A stretch of DNA of 62,544 bases, counting the filler, from Collodictyon triciliatum (lineage: Eukaryota): the NCBI GenBank assembly GCA_043381765.1. It is 9 parts of 9 records of this genome, joined end to end, with 100 filler letters (N's around TTAATTAATTAA, not from the genome) between each part and the next. Parts side by side here need not be neighbours in the genome. Positions count along the whole stretch, not along the records: positions 22,971 to 30,519 come from JBHJMP010003845.1; positions 30,620 to 38,168 come from JBHJMP010003846.1; positions 38,269 to 45,767 come from JBHJMP010003847.1; 6 more parts are not named here. One strand, 5' to 3'. Each line of letters starts with the position of its first letter. Within the stretch, counting starts at the first letter, position 1. The notes below the pieces were generated by a model, which worked only from the letters and a program-made list of their open reading frames with translations, ran no database searches and had not been told where the DNA came from. Shown here in pieces: positions 28,384 to 43,000 of this stretch. Position numbers and translations under genes: made by a program.

Positions 28384-30164
28384 GTTCTGCTCGGCTGCGA
28401 ATCGAAACGGTCTTGTCTATCACAGGGAGTGAGTCGGAATCTGCTCAGCGAGGCAAGGTGAGTTTCATAGTACAAAGGCATTTGCGGCAAGGGGATTGAG
28501 CGAAGGTAGAAAGGGAATGTTTTGAAAGAAAAAAAGAAACAGGGAGAAAAGAAAGAGACACAAAAGAGAAAAGGAACTTAGTTAAACTCTCTTTTGCTTC
28601 CATAAGGAGGGCCAGGGAAAAAAAAGCTTCGTGACATAGTTTTGGCTCGTAGAAGAGGAAGGAGACAAAAAAAAAGAGTGTGATCAGCTGCTATGGCTTT
28701 GCCAACAAGTAAGTAGTCATCAAAAGGCCACGAAGAGATTGTGTGTATCAAAGACTGCTTGCGGTCGGCATTGTGGAGTGGAGTGGAAATAAAAACTCAG
28801 AATTGTCCAGCAAACAGCACATTCCCCAGGCCCTTGGCGTGGAATTTACTTGCCTTCTGTTACTAGTCAAAGGGCAAGGTATTCCTTTTCTCTCCTTTTC
28901 TTTCTCTCTCCTTTTCTTTCTCTTTCTTTCTCTCTTTCTTTCTCTCTTTTCTTTCTCTCTCTCTTTTTTCTTTCTCTCTTTTTTCTTTCTCTCTTTTTTC
29001 TTTCTCTCTTTTTTCTTTCTCTCTTTTTTCTTTCTCTCTTTTTTCTTTCTCTCTTTTTCTTTCTTTTCTGGCCGGAAGAAAAAAAGCTTGTGGGAGAAGA
29101 GAAGAGGAAAAAAATCCCAGGAAACGGAGAATGGGCCGACAAACATGTCTGGGTGAGTAAACATAGCTGGCAACTTCCGTACTTCAGCGACTTGGAATAC
29201 TCTCACAGGCAGTTTTCGGCTTGGTTCTTCGTCTGCCTTATGAGATTTATTTGGGACGGGACGGTCACTTCGTCTTGCTTTCAGGGGATCGGGTGGGTTG
29301 CGTTCTGTCGCGGGTGTAGATTGATCAAAGATGTGTCTCAGAATCGAATGCCGGACAAATAAAGCCAGATTGTCATGGTGTGCAATTGCTGTTCACTTAA
29401 AATCGACCAAAGAGGATAATTTCCTCGTGCTATTAAAATCTGGATTACTTAAATTTTGGATTTTTTGGAACATTCATTGATTATGGATGGAATGGTATCC
29501 AGGGTGCAACTGGCACAGAATAAAATCCAATAATAGCAGTTCTCAGTTATTGTAAATAGCCGGATTATAGCTATTTCGCTAATGCATCCGCTATGTGGTC
29601 AAAATTAATCACGAGGGATAAACGCGACTACACATTAGGCATGAGAAGTTTGCATCATACGTAATCTATAGAATTTAAATAGTGTACATATAAGATGTAA
29701 ATTACATATTTTCTAACAAAAGTATCCATTAATTGGTTTTACAGTTGATGTAATAATGATTATATTATTTTTTCCATATTTGAACTGAGCACAGTGCCGC
29801 CTATCTTTGCTGTGTGGCAAATTCACGAGATGAATCAGGTTCCTGGCATGAATCCACCACGAATCAGAGGACAAAGCACAGACAGCAACGAGGCAAGTTT
29901 CTGATCCAAGCCTGTCTCCTTGTTGTTGGCGTGAAGGTTGAAGAGCTGATTCCAGAGCCAACTAAATGAAAAATAGCAACAATTTTTTCAAAGCTACAAT
30001 TCCCTTCTGACTATATCTGTCTTTCCCTTTGAAGATTGTAAGATGTATTTTCTGCCAAAGTCGGCTTTGAGCCACGCCGAAAAACTTGCCAACAACTCCT
30101 GACCCTGACTCCATTACTATTAATAAGTCTCACAGAAGCCGCAGGGTGCAGGATCTCCACAAGC

Positions 30165-30385
30165 ATGTCTTTTGAGCCCTTTATCGTGCTCCCGGTTGTT
30201 ATCGGACTCCAGCAACTGGACCTAAAAAATGAGCAGATTCTGTTTCAACTGCGTGTGGCCTTCTTTGCTATCCATTTTCTGCTGCTTGTGGTTTACTGTT
30301 TGATCGGACTTCGAATCCGCTCGGCAAACAACCGCGACACAGTCTCGGCTGTGAAGGAGTCAACATTCATGGAGAAGCTGAATGG
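30165..30385 (+). CDS. PHO88: Pho88/SND3-family ER membrane protein, first exon (3' partial)
   Basis: MSFEPFIVLPVVIGLQQLDLKNEQILFQLRVAFFAIHFLLLVVYCLIGLRIRSANNRDTV matches the Pho88 N-terminal pattern (hydrophobic-D-x-D/N...R...Y...I..xND); ends at gtaaaa. Confidence 0.7.
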
Positions 30386-30779
30386 GTAAAAAAAACAGCT
30401 ACAATTAGACAAATAATAGAAAATAAAAAAGAATAAAAAAAGAATAAAAAAAGAAAATAAAAAAGAAAATAAAAAAGAAAATAAAAAAGAAAATAAAAAA
30501 GAAAATAAAAAAGAAAATANNNNNNNNNNNNNNNNNNNNNNNNNNNNNNNNNNNNNNNNNNNNTTAATTAATTAANNNNNNNNNNNNNNNNNNNNNNNNN
30601 NNNNNNNNNNNNNNNNNNNCAATTGTTAGTTTTGCAGGGCAAAAAAGGAAAAAGAAAAAAGAAAAAAGAAAAAAGAAAAAAGAAAAAAGAAAAAAGAAAA
30701 AAGAAAAAAGAAAAAAGAAAAAAGAAAAAAGAAAAAAGAAAAAAGAAAAACATAAAAACTAAACTAAAATAAAACGTAG

Positions 30780-33700
30780 GCTGGATTTTTGAACGAGAGT
30801 GTAATCATTCGTCCTTTGAGTATACATAAACCTGCGCTATTTTGCAGTGGACTTCGTTGTTCATTCAAAGGAATCAGCTTTGAGGGTTCGCAAAGTAAGG
30901 ATATTTGCAAGTAACGAGTACATTACCCTCTTTTTTAAAAAAAAATTATCTAGACATGATTTTGATGGACATCTATCACGATTTGAACGTTTCATAGCGC
31001 ATATTTTCGAAGTGTATAAATTCATGTAGTATTGGATTCAACCAAAACACATAACCAATCAAAAATCTTGTGGGATTTTTGCGTGGGCTTAGTCGCAATC
31101 AGCCGATGTCATTTCATTTTTCTGATACATGCACTATTATATAGGTTCAAGCAATATTCTGAGCAATCTGGAGGCCAATTCTAGCGTATTGGCATTGTCA
31201 CTGATTCTGGTAGAATACAAAATCCGCATTCAAATATATTCCTCTCGATTCTTTTATCGCCATTCAGAAAACCATTCGTTTCTTGAACATTTTTTTTAAA
31301 AAAAATTAAAATATATCTATTTTTGAAGATAAGAAATGGAGACGCATCCTTCGCTGGATGTAAGTTCAGTTTGACCAGAGGGACAGGAATAGTATCATTT
31401 GGTTCGAGAGCCACGTTGGAACTTAATGACTGTGATATTGACGGGAAGTCCTCTGGAAATATTGGTTTATTATTTGAAACAGCCAAAGCTTCTATCCAAA
31501 ACACTCGTATTTCCGGGTTTAGAATAGGCTTGCGTGGTTTCAATAAATCAGAGATTCGAATAACAGCCACAACAATATCAGATACATCGGCATACGGTTG
31601 CGTCTTTCTCGATGCAAACGAGGTTTATCCTTCTAGCAACATATTTCCAAAATTATATTTTTTAAATTTAAAAAGGGTTAATCCATGATTGGCTGTCATG
31701 CAAAAGAAAAAAAAATAGAAAAAAGGAAGGCATCTTTTATATAGAAAATAAGCCGATAAGTTTTTAGAGCGATGTTCAATTTCACCTTCAATATATTCTA
31801 AATATCGCTTTTTTCTGTTCAATTTCACTAGTGCACGGTTAGTTCTGTCAAAATTATTAAAAATTCAGGCGTTGGTATTCATGGTGATAATTCGACTTTG
31901 TCCATAACAAATTCCACAGTGGAGCAGAATAAAGAAGGCGGGATGACAATTTTCAATTGCCCACGCTTCTCTGTGAAAAACACCTCTGTGAGGCAAAATG
32001 GACAAGATGGAGTCATAGTTGATGGATGTCTTAACTTCAACATATCCCAAAGTATCATCAGCGAGAACTCTATTGCTGGCTTGTGGATTAGAAATTGCAT
32101 CACTGGATTGATTTCGTCTGTTACCATGAAAAAAAACGGGAAGGATGGAGTAAGGAAAACGAAAAATGTCAATTTTTCGTTACTATTTTTCTCCTTCTTA
32201 TCCACGTTATAACGTATCATACTTTATATTCGTTACATATAATAGAAGAGCTTATAGTTTAGTAATATTGTATTTTTTCCATGTTTATTGTACATATTGC
32301 ATTTTAAAAAAGAGGATAAAATACAAACATATCCTTTTTTTCATCATAATTTGTAAAACGATGCAGGTGGTAATCCAATCAAGTANNNNNNNNNNNNNNN
32401 NNNNNNNNNNNNNNNNNNNNNNNNNNNNNNNNNNNNNNNNNNNNNNNNNNNNNNNNNNNNNNNNNNNNNNNNNNNNNNNNNNNNNNNNNNNNNNNNNNNN
32501 NNNNNNNNNNNNNNNNNNNNNNNNNNNNNNNNNNNNNNNNNNNNNNNNNNNNNNNNNNNNNNNNNNNNNNNNNNNNNNNNNNNNNNNNNNNNNNNNNNNN
32601 NNNNNNNNNNNNNNNNNNNNNNNNNNNNNNNNNNNNNNNNNNNNNNNNNNNNNNNNNNNNNNNNNNNNNNNNNNNNNNNNNNNNNNNNNNNNNNNNNNNN
32701 NNNNNNNNNNNNNNNNNNNNNNNNNNNNNNNNNNNNNNNNNNNNNNNNNNNNNNNNNNNNNNNNNNNNNNNNNNNNNGAGAACAACGTCATCATATTGCC
32801 TCATGGTTCCGTCAACAAAGCCGTTGTAGACTTTGACTCCAGTAAGGGGAAGGAAGTAAAAAGCCAAAATGGTAGCATCTCTACTCCAAGGGGCGAACGA
32901 TTTGCTTCGCCCCACTCCACAATGAGTCCTCGCTTCATGGATTCCCCCCGTAAAGTAAGCACGGACAAACAAAGACCTCCTCTTCGTCGTGCAAATACAC
33001 CTCCTCCACCAAAGAAAAAGGACAATACCACCTCAGGTATCTATATAAGTCATTATTTAAAACTTTTTTATATTCCGTATTTTATTCAATATTAATTTAT
33101 TTTTCAACATATGTGTATGAATATAAAGTAATTCATTTAAACAGTAAGAGATACGCATTATTAAAAAAAAATTCCTGCTTGGCTGTAGAGCAAGAAGATA
33201 TTGACGATGAAGAATCTAGCTGCACAAATGTATTTTCTTTGCGCGTTGTCTGCAAGCCAACAGTAATACTCCCTAAATCACCCCTTCCTTTCGTGTACAT
33301 ATAGCTAGTATCGAGAGTAGCAATTCATCCTGATATGTGTGTGGTGTATATGAAAGAAAACTGATTTATTTACCATCGCAATTGATATTTATAGTCCCTT
33401 ATTGCCACATGATAATATGTACTCATACCTGAACATCGCAAAAATTTTTTTTCACAGTACAACACTCATTTCTTATTTTTTCTTTCTCTTTGGAACCCGC
33501 CCACAGTTTAATTTAGTTAGCTGTCTAAAGTCGAAAAGTGAGAAGCCAAATGGTGCCAAAGCAGTACAATTTTGTCGCGAAATAGAGTTCAAATCAGTCG
33601 ATAATGAAATCACCCGCGTCGAAGACCCAGAATGGAGCCACTACAAGAAGCAAACACAACTGATTACAGAAAGAGACAAAGTTTCGCACGAATATCCCAT

Positions 33701-35403
33701 GGAATCATACAAACAGCCTTCCATCGAGCTACCGCCTCCAACTCCTCGCTTCTCGTTTGTGGATACTGATAATAGACAAGAGAGCCTCCTTTTAGGTTTC
33801 GGCGAATCAGGCGATGAACAGAGCATGGCTGTCCTTGAGTTGGACGACTTATCACAATCACAAAAAAGTTTATTCAATCCACGGCAGACCTCATCATCTC
33901 TTGGAAAGCCAAGCAATCAAATATCGGATATGTTCGGCCCACCTATCAGAATGCGGCTGCATTCCGAACAAAACGAATCATATACTCGGGATTACGACGC
34001 AGGAACTAGAGTTGGCTCCAGCAATCAGGATACTTTGGGGTCGGAATTAATGACTGAGAAGCATGGCATAGGGAATGCCGATAAAAGAGGAAGCTGGCAA
34101 TCTGAGCTTCTATCACCGTCAAAGATTCTGGACCCCGCCGTAATGTATGTGCGATAATACCCGTAGATAAGCGCTTTTTTCCCCTTTATTCGCTGCATCC
34201 TTTCTTTCCTTTGCCCTTCTCCCTATAAATTTTTTTTCTACATATAAATAAGTATCCCATCCCTGCAAAGGACAGGATCCGGACAATTCGCGTATATTTA
34301 TATTAATTTATAGATATTGAAAAGTTATTGATAGAGTCAAGATTATTCATGACTTCGCAATTCACATGTGTCTTTATGTGTTTCGATAATCACTGACTGC
34401 TGTGTGAGATGAACATAACTTATTCTAAACACCGGATTTATTCGAATCACTCTATAGTGTCACTGATGTTCCTCGTGGAAGGTTTCCTTTTTTATACTTT
34501 TTTAACAAAAAGACAGAAGTGAAGAAAAAAAAGAAGAAAAAAGAAGAAAAAGGAAAAAGAAGAAAAAGGAAAAAGAAGAAAAAGGAAAAAGAAAAAGGAG
34601 CATCGAATTCACCACTCTTTGACTCTACACTCAGTTTCAACTTCGAGAGCCAGGCAAGCCTCACCCGAATCCAATCTGCGCCCACATTGCCCGCGACTGT
34701 GCTCCAACCCGCCAAGCCTGCGCCAGATAACGCTCGTGTTGTGAGTGCCGTGGGGAAGTCATCCTCAAACATTTTCTTCACATCGGACGCTGTGGACAAG
34801 AAAGAACCGCGCTCATCAACCGAGCAGCCGACGCCAAACTCAGAGCCAAGACAAAACGCCGAGAGACTCAAAGAGGACGAGCTGGAATCACGGCCTCGCA
34901 GAATCAGCCGTCGCATAATGGGCTCGTTGGGTATTTTCCCATGGGAAAGAGGACAAGAGGGCCAAAGGCAAGCACTCATCATCATCATCACCATCAATAA
35001 TCAGCAGCTGATTACGAATTCTCTTTTCTTCGCCCCACTAAAAAAAAAGAAAAAGAAAAAGAAAAAGAAAAAGAAAAAGAAAAAGAAAAAGAAAAAGAAA
35101 AAGAAAAAGAAAAAGAAAAAGAAAAAGAAAAAGAAAAAGAAAAAAAATGAAAAGAAAAAGAAGAAAAAGTAGACTATGAATAAAAGTGACATTATCCAAG
35201 AAGACTCAATTCACGAGTATTGCAGAACCCCGACAGAGCGAGAAGAGGAATCACCTGCAGGGCCGATGCGCAACCGACGCGCAGGTGCGATTGGCTTGTC
35301 TGATGCGCGCATGAATATGCTGCAGCCACTCGGCCCGGGTTCAGAGGGCGACGCCGACGGTTTGCCTCCTGCTTCGGGGACTGATGGCTTTGGCAGCAGA
35401 TAA
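30780..35403 (+). CDS. Right-handed parallel beta-helix (pectin-lyase-like) protein with long S/P-rich disordered tail (5' partial, spans N gap 32386-32778)
   Basis: Repeats such as LSITNSTVEQNKEGG, FSVKNTSVRQNGQDG, FNISQSIISENSIAG; downstream exons join in frame through GT-AG introns to GFGSR-TAA. Confidence 0.7.
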
Positions 35404-35674
35404 CCGTGTGAGAGCTCGTTTGCACCCGTGTTTACGGGAAGCAGTCTATTGGCCACGGCTCTTACAGCCATCTGTTCTGTAAATGCAATCACATGGAGGG
35501 AGCTTGAGCATTTTTTTTCCTCCTTTATTCTCCCTTCATAAAAACTAAGTGCCCGACATTTCGAATTCGGTAATTGACATCACCCCTCCTTTTTCTATTA
35601 TCAGTATCTTAATTGTGACGAACAGGAAATATAGTTGGTTTATTCTGGCCATAAAATCGACGACCGAGCTATTT

Positions 35675-37003
35675 CTACTCGTTCAACACTGTGATAATGA
35701 ACGGGAGATTATGAATTAATTCAAACAAAAATTCAATGGCAACCACAATATATGGGAAAAGAAGAAATAACAAATATATATATGTGCCATACTAGCTTTG
35801 AACTCCTCGTAGTCGATGAAGCCAGAATGGTCTGTGTCTGTTTCTGCTATCAGTTGCTACACACAAGAACACCAGCATGAAAGATATAAAGATTAGTGTT
35901 TCTGGTTGGTTAAGAGCATAACTATCTTTGCAGCGACACGATAGCAAATGGAAATATGATTGCCGAATTGCAGCAGACTCACCTCGATATCAATTGTCAA
36001 GCCGAAATCCTTGATTGTTTTGATCAACTTCTCGACAGATATCTGACCAGTTTTGTCTGGATTTCCGCCCATGGCAACAAACGCATCCACTGCAGAGACG
36101 AGCGAGATGGGAACAAAATCAGTACTCTTATTTCACTTCAGAGGATATGGCAAAGTACGCGCATATAAATTCTGGTATTGAAAGAAACCTGTGTCACTGT
36201 CATCATCCACTTGTACGGATTGAGCCTTTTGACTTGCGATAACCTTTAGAAATTCCGAGAACTCTATGTTAAAATGATGCCGTAAGAATGTGATGTTGTT
36301 TCTGATCGAATAAAAGGAATAAGGGATGAAAGGAAAATAAAACAAGCAAGATTAGGAGCACATTATGCGATACTTTCATGATTAAAAATTAGACCTATGC
36401 AGCCGCTGCCGTCATCATCAACTTCGCTAATCATCTGAAAAAGCTCCTCTTCTGTTGGATCCTGACCCATTGCTACAAATGAAAAAAAAACCCACATTAA
36501 GTGTATATCTAGCAAATATGTATATATAGTACGATGATTAATTAGTGGTAACAAGGGATATAAAAATAGAGGAGAAAAAAGAGTAGATATAATTGCATCG
36601 ATGGAAAATATATTTGACACACCAACACCGTGTTATTGGTAAGTGCAACAAACCACTAAAATTCAAATGAGCCAAGCAGGGAGTAAAAACATATCATCAT
36701 CATCATCATCATCATCATCATAACAATAACAATAACAATAGTAATTTTAATAGCAATTCTAAACGAATGCAGGTACGCTACACCATAATACACGGTACTC
36801 GAATGGATTAAAGTATGAATCCTCGTAAAATCACAGTCTGAGATGAAAAAGCATCGTTGCGGAATATCAGCAAAAGCAAAACCTTGAAGAATCCCTCGCA
36901 ACTCCCACATGTCGATGCTGCCACTCTTGTCCTTGTCAAAGGCATCAAAAGCCTCGCGACACTTGTCAATGTCCTCTTGGGTTAGTCGTGCTGTGGCCGC
37001 CAT
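35675..37003 (-). CDS. Calmodulin-like EF-hand protein, flagellar outer-arm dynein 18 kDa light chain (LC4), 6 exons
   Basis: [44 protein letters not shown], diagnostic DAFVAMGGNPDKTGQIS...KDFGLTIDIE, DTDHSGFIDYEEFKAMLNE-TAG. Confidence 0.9.
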
Positions 37004-37530
37004 TCTACCTTTCTCTTTCTCTTTTTCTTCTTCTTTGTTTCCTGACTGTTTCGGGGTTTTCCAAGCGAGTGTTATTTATACAGGCGCGCTGCTTTGATCT
37101 ATGGAACAGAACAGAGGTTAATCCTTATAGACTGGTTCATACTGATCACCCCATATGAAAACTGCGAAAAAGACTTTCATTGGTCAGCATCATCCAAGTT
37201 CTTTCGGTTTGCTTTGATTGAGACAACCTTTAACTGTGCCTCTTTGCTTACAATGCAGATTCACTCTGGATATATTAATTGAAGTGATATGATAAAAAAA
37301 AAACACGATATAGTCGGGTGTGATGATCAGAATTAACGGAAACCAACCGAAAATCCACAACTGGTTTTTTCTTTGAATAAAGTGCATAAGTGGAAAAGGG
37401 CAGAGTTAGATTACGTCCGGCTGTCAAAGCGCCACAATGAAAGATTTTATTTTGGGAGAGGAAAGAGGGAAGGAGGATGGGTTGTGGGGCAGGTGCAAAG
37501 AAGAAGGAGTCTGCTTGATATGGATGGCAT

Positions 37531-38011
37531 CTACTGATCTCCATCGGGTATTAGCACGGCCAAGTCTTCACCTCTTTTCCCCCAGTCTTGCCAGTTTGCT
37601 TGGAATACACCAAGCCAAGTGAATAACGCCACCGAGTAAAGGACACATCCCAGCAGCGAGAAGCGCGTATCTGGATTTCATATCGAGCGGTGTTAAAAGT
37701 GTTTCAGTTGATTAAAAAAAAACGAAATAGAAGAAAAGAATAACACCAAAACTAATCATGGCAACAGCATGTTTCGTGATATCTTGACCTGCCGTCTAAC
37801 GATAATGACATATTCGGACAGTTTTTCACTCTTTTCTGCATCATAAAAAAAAATAAAATAAAAGACTTGTGGCGTGTATCCCACACACATGCAGGGATGT
37901 TTTTACATGTTGTCATCAGTGGAGATGGGCCACCCGTCAAGGCTGCTCGAAACCAGAATGCATTCACCAGCCATAGCCAAGGAAGCCCGAAAATCCCTCC
38001 AAGAAACAGTT
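37531..38011 (-). CDS. PSENEN: Gamma-secretase subunit PEN-2 (5' partial, 2 exons seen)
   Basis: LFLGGIFGLPWLWLVNAFWF then YTRFSLLG...TWLGVFQANWQDWGKRGEDLAVLIPDG. Confidence 0.9.
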
Positions 38012-38746
38012 CTTTTATTTGCAGGGATTCAGCAGAGACAGCGAAGAATTTCATCACCAATAGAAAAAAGAAAAAGAAAAAGAAAAAGAAAAAGAAAAAG
38101 AAAAAGAAAAAGAAAAAGAAAAAGAAAAAGAAAAAGAAAAAGAAAAAGAAAAAAAGAAAGAAAAGAAANNNNNNNNNNNNNNNNNNNNNNNNNNNNNNNN
38201 NNNNNNNNNNNNTTAATTAATTAANNNNNNNNNNNNNNNNNNNNNNNNNNNNNNNNNNNNNNNNNNNNTTTTTTCCAAAAAAAAATAATATCCAAGCCCT
38301 AGACAGAGTAGACAGGTCATATTTGTCAAGCATTATATCCGAATAGTTTTTCACACGAGCATGATTTTTGATGGGCGAAAAGGAATCATAATCCTTATCT
38401 AATGATGTTTTTTTTTTTTTTTTTTTTTTTTTTTGGTAGAGCCTTCCTCATAATCCTAGTTTTTTTTTTTTGAAAAGCGGTAACCAGCCACCAACTCGAC
38501 TTTAACCTCATGCTTCGCCAACTTTGAATCGATTAAAGGAAAAAAAAATTATGCTTCGCCGAATATCGAATAACTAATTTATAATTATGTAGAAATGTGT
38601 TGGTTATAATTCATTTTTCTTCTTTTATCCGCTGGTGGAGTTCATATGCGAGACAACTGGTTGGATGCTGTCTAAATTTCATCTGCATTATGTTTAACCG
38701 CTATTTATCGATAATGTTGAAGATTATTTACCTTTGCCCGCGCCTG

Positions 38747-40026
38747 ATGGAAAACACAAGCCGAGACGGGGAGATCAACACAAGCCGCGACCCGTCGAAG
38801 GTTTTGAAAGTTGCAGCCAGTTCTTCTGGTTCTAACGCTGGTGCGGAAAAACCATGGGTTGCACGTAAGTCTAGGAAGTCCCGTGCAAGGAAGCCGACAG
38901 CAAGTCTGTGTGAGCGGACAGTATTTTTGCACGGGGTCGAGCAAGTCATTCACAACAAGAACAAGGCACGGAGACTCACAGATGCGCTCGCCTCCTTCTT
39001 GAAAGCGAACAAACTTTGGGAAGAGTCCATCCGATTGCGCTTAACGGACAGCAAAGGCCTTTGCCTAATTGCCTCCCGCACTGCAGAAAACGCCCGAAAG
39101 CTTCTGGAGCTGAAGCAGGTAAGTTTGATCGATATCATGAACAGCTTTAGTAGAAGTAAACCAACAGAGACCTCGGTGATGCTCTACCAACTACCGCTGG
39201 ACGTGTGGCCGCAACTCCTTCGTGAGGAGTTGAGACCGTTCAGACCGACTCGCGTAGAGATCAAGACAGGACAAAGGCTTCTTCACAGACACGGCCGTGG
39301 TGGAGCTTCTTTGTCACAAGAACCAGCTCCCTGCAAAGTTTACAGTCATGGGTTAAAAGACCTTCCAAATCACCGCTCTCTAATGCTTAATATCACCAAT
39401 AGGGAGCTATGGATAGGCACACGCGCGGCAAAAACTGGCAAAGTCTCCCAACGATGCATATGCGCAGCAACAGTGACGAATCTACTGAGCACACATTTGT
39501 GCAATGTCCCTTCGCTCAAAACCTGCGCGAAACAGCCGGTGAGATTCTTCGACTGACACTCAAGACGGCTGCAGCTGTTGGCCCAATCCAGGCGATATTT
39601 GGGCCTCTGCAACAGCTGCGTCCAGATGCAAAAACATTCTGGGCAGTGACGCGAGGCCATTTGCTATGGACTACGTGGATAGCACGCATATACTCACGCG
39701 AAGCAAGACTCAACAACCAGCCACCCATTCCTGATAACAGGCTTAATGACATCACACAAATCTCTTTCCTCAATAGCTTTATTCGCCAACTGCACGTTCT
39801 CTACCACTCAAACACTGTGAGAAGAGACATGTGGAAAGAGGCTGAGAAAGAGATTAAACCTCGCCTTGTCTCTCTCATGCAAGCACAAGACCCAGGCTAC
39901 AAGACAAAGCGCAGGATGCAATTCCTGATGGTCGTCTACTTCTCCGCCACCCGGCCACCAAGCAGCATACATGCAAGCATTGGCTGGTAGCTTAGAGACA
40001 GGAACTCCATTCTCGCACAAAATTGA
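38747..40026 (+). mobile_element. Internally deleted L1/Tx1-like element: ORF1 fragment fused to ORF2 C terminus (copy 3)
   Basis: 38747-~39360 is ORF1-like (SVMLYQLPLDV...EELRPF; after a frameshift GFFTDTAVVELL...LPAKFTVMG); from ~39362 the zf-RVT region (ELWIGTRA...DESTEHTFVQC); no endonuclease or RT motifs. Confidence 0.8.
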
Positions 40027-40042
40027 AAGGAAGAATAAAAAA

Positions 40043-43000
40043 GCCCAATAAGATGGGTTTATTATATGAGTAAAATGACCTTGACTTGGACTTATTGGAA
40101 AAATAAATACACGAATGCGATAGATTTTTTGAACGATGCACTGAAACAGAGCTTTGCAACAAGCACTGAAATGAGGCTACTCAGGAAATCATGTATTGAG
40201 TCAGTACAGTTCAGATGCATATATTAATCACGGGCAAACGACATTCAACCAAAAAACAATACGAAAATTATAATGCAGCATTATATACAAATTGAATGCT
40301 CTTTTTTTTTTTTTTTTTTGGAATGGGACTAGATAATTTCGCATGTTGTGTTTGCTGATTACACATTTATTATCTGACTTCAATTTTTTTATTCTAATAA
40401 TCTCAGCTGTTGAGCCCGTCTCAACAATCTTTCATTCAACCATCAGGAAAGTAGTTCCAAAGCAGGTGAGGATGAGTGGGAGATTGAAAAAAGAAAAAAA
40501 AGGGATAAAAATATGAGAAATAGGGAAAGAGTAGTCCTTGAGGTTTATTTGACTTCAATTAGTTGCATCGCTTCGACTTTGCCGGAAATTTGGGCTCATG
40601 AATTCAGGTAAAGGCATAGGTAGTTGCAGCTCTTAAGAGTCGTAAGTAACCTCGACCTTCATAGATGTATTTTGGTGAGTCATAAATCCAGTTTCCATAC
40701 CAAACTGTCCTGCACCCAAATTCAAAACGCGTTATTGCAATCAGCCAAGGCGAAACAACTATGACAGGCTGTAGAATTATAATAAAACTATTTCTTTAAT
40801 ATAAATATAAAGTAAAAGAAACATCAATAAGTCACATCAACCTTAAAGGTAGTCAAGAATCAATAACTTCCATTTAAAAAGTTTTCTAACAGTAATCTAC
40901 TAGATTATGGTTTCTTTTCTACATAATTTTTTTATTCTTCCTTTCAAATTTGTGCAGGACCGCGGGGATGCTTGGCTAACTCTTCTTTTCTACAGAATAT
41001 TTAATAGGAAATCATATATACCTTTTAAAAATAAAAATGCAATTATAAAATATAACATAAAACTTTGTTTTGAGTCAAGGTTTTGCAAGCCACCAAAATA
41101 GGTCGGAAAAGACAATTGTAGGTAGCCCGTGTCGCTTAAGCCCACATCAAATATCAGCCTTTCTTTAAAAAAACTCACATGTACCTATAAAAAATAGTAT
41201 ATTTATCCTTAAGCGATGTGTTCGATCAAAAAGCAATTGAAAAGTAAGAAAGAAGGAAAAGAAGGTAGAAGTCAATAAGCTATTAAACTAGACTTTGGAT
41301 TGCAACATCGATGAGTACCCGCAGCACACACAAGAGCAACAATAAGCAGTGAAAAGTATCAAGGAGTTCTGATTGAGTTGTTTTTTTTTTAGACCGTGGG
41401 CTGCATCCCTTTCAACCAGATATCTGAATTGATAAGGTCGATAACTGGGCCATTTGTTGCGCACAAACCTGCATTTGTCTCATGACAACAATATTTGGAG
41501 ATAATCATGTACTTTCATATTTAATAATGAGAATTTGAATTTAAATACGTGGGTATTCATAGAATCGTCCATTGGTACACATTTTATTATGCGCAGTTGT
41601 ATTATTTACATTCTGTTCTGTGAGTGGTTATAAATGGTGGTGAAGAATCGACCAAGAGTTAATTCATTTCCGGAATAAATTATGTACAATCCATAAAAAT
41701 TGTACATGTTAAGACATAATCAATGAATCTTTCTTCATTTCGCGGCAAAACCAGTCAAACCCACGTTGCATCTCACAAAAAATGTCACTTTTTAAATTCA
41801 ATCATATGATGAAAGTAAGAGCATGGAGAGCTAATTTTAGACATCGTATCCAATATCGGCTATTTGCTATCAAGACTATGGCTAACCCGCTTATTCAGAT
41901 AGCCAGGACATTAGCTACATTTTTTCATTTTGCCCCGTTCCTCATTTTTCCTTTGATTTCTACCTTGGGTTTCCTGTGCGGCTTAATTGTGTTGTAAGAA
42001 CGAAGATTTTCTAATATTTTTGTCTCCGAATATAAGATAATTACCAATTAACAAATGAAAAATATGTTCCGAGCTTTGAAAAAAATCAAGCGCATTAGTA
42101 TATGAAGCCTATTTCACCACCAGCACATTTCTATCAACACAATCACACAATCATTCAAGCACCAAAGCCGAAGACCAGCACAACACAACAAAGCCATTAA
42201 TTCCCTTTCGTGAGGACCCTCATTTATTTTTACCCCAAAAAACAAACAATATCAACATGTGGCCAAGCAAACTAAAATACTTGACGCGAAAAATATATCA
42301 TTTTATTTAACAAAGCGAAGGTTTTTTCCTATGCAAAACTAATAACTCATTCCAAAAGCCAAAAGACTTGGTCGAGAGTGGGGTAGTCTATCAAATGCTG
42401 GCAAATAATAATAGGAAAAATAAATAATCTAAAACATAATGGAGGGTTCCATTCAATAATTTTTTTGAGTATCTCTGTTCTTGCCATATGAAATACGTGG
42501 ATCCTGTCGTAACCTGCCAATCCACAGTTCAAAACCCTCATGAAGCTCAAATATATGTCTAAATGACTATAAACTAAGCTATTTATATGTCCTGTGGCTG
42601 TTGTTGGAGCTGTTGATTTTGCATTTACCGAAAATCAGGAGTGCCGGGATCGAACGGGCCACAATGCCTTCCTGTTGCATCACACTATCGGCCGCGCATC
42701 TACGCTATCTTAACTTCTCATCAAACAGGTCGTTCTGTTAGTCTCATAAATGAACCCGGCTGAGGCTGATATGTCTTTATTTTAAATTATTAATCATTTT
42801 CATTGGATTCTAATCTCATCGTACAGTTTATGCCGCTTTCCAAGGGCGAGGTGGCGATTGGGATTCTGGTTCCTCTTCTGCTCGCACCACAGTTTCTTCG
42901 ATAGATTTTTCATAGAAAAATACTATAACATTTATTTTAGTCAAATGCTTGCTCTCAGGATGGTTTTTAATATCTATCTGCCTTGGTCTTCTGAACTCGG

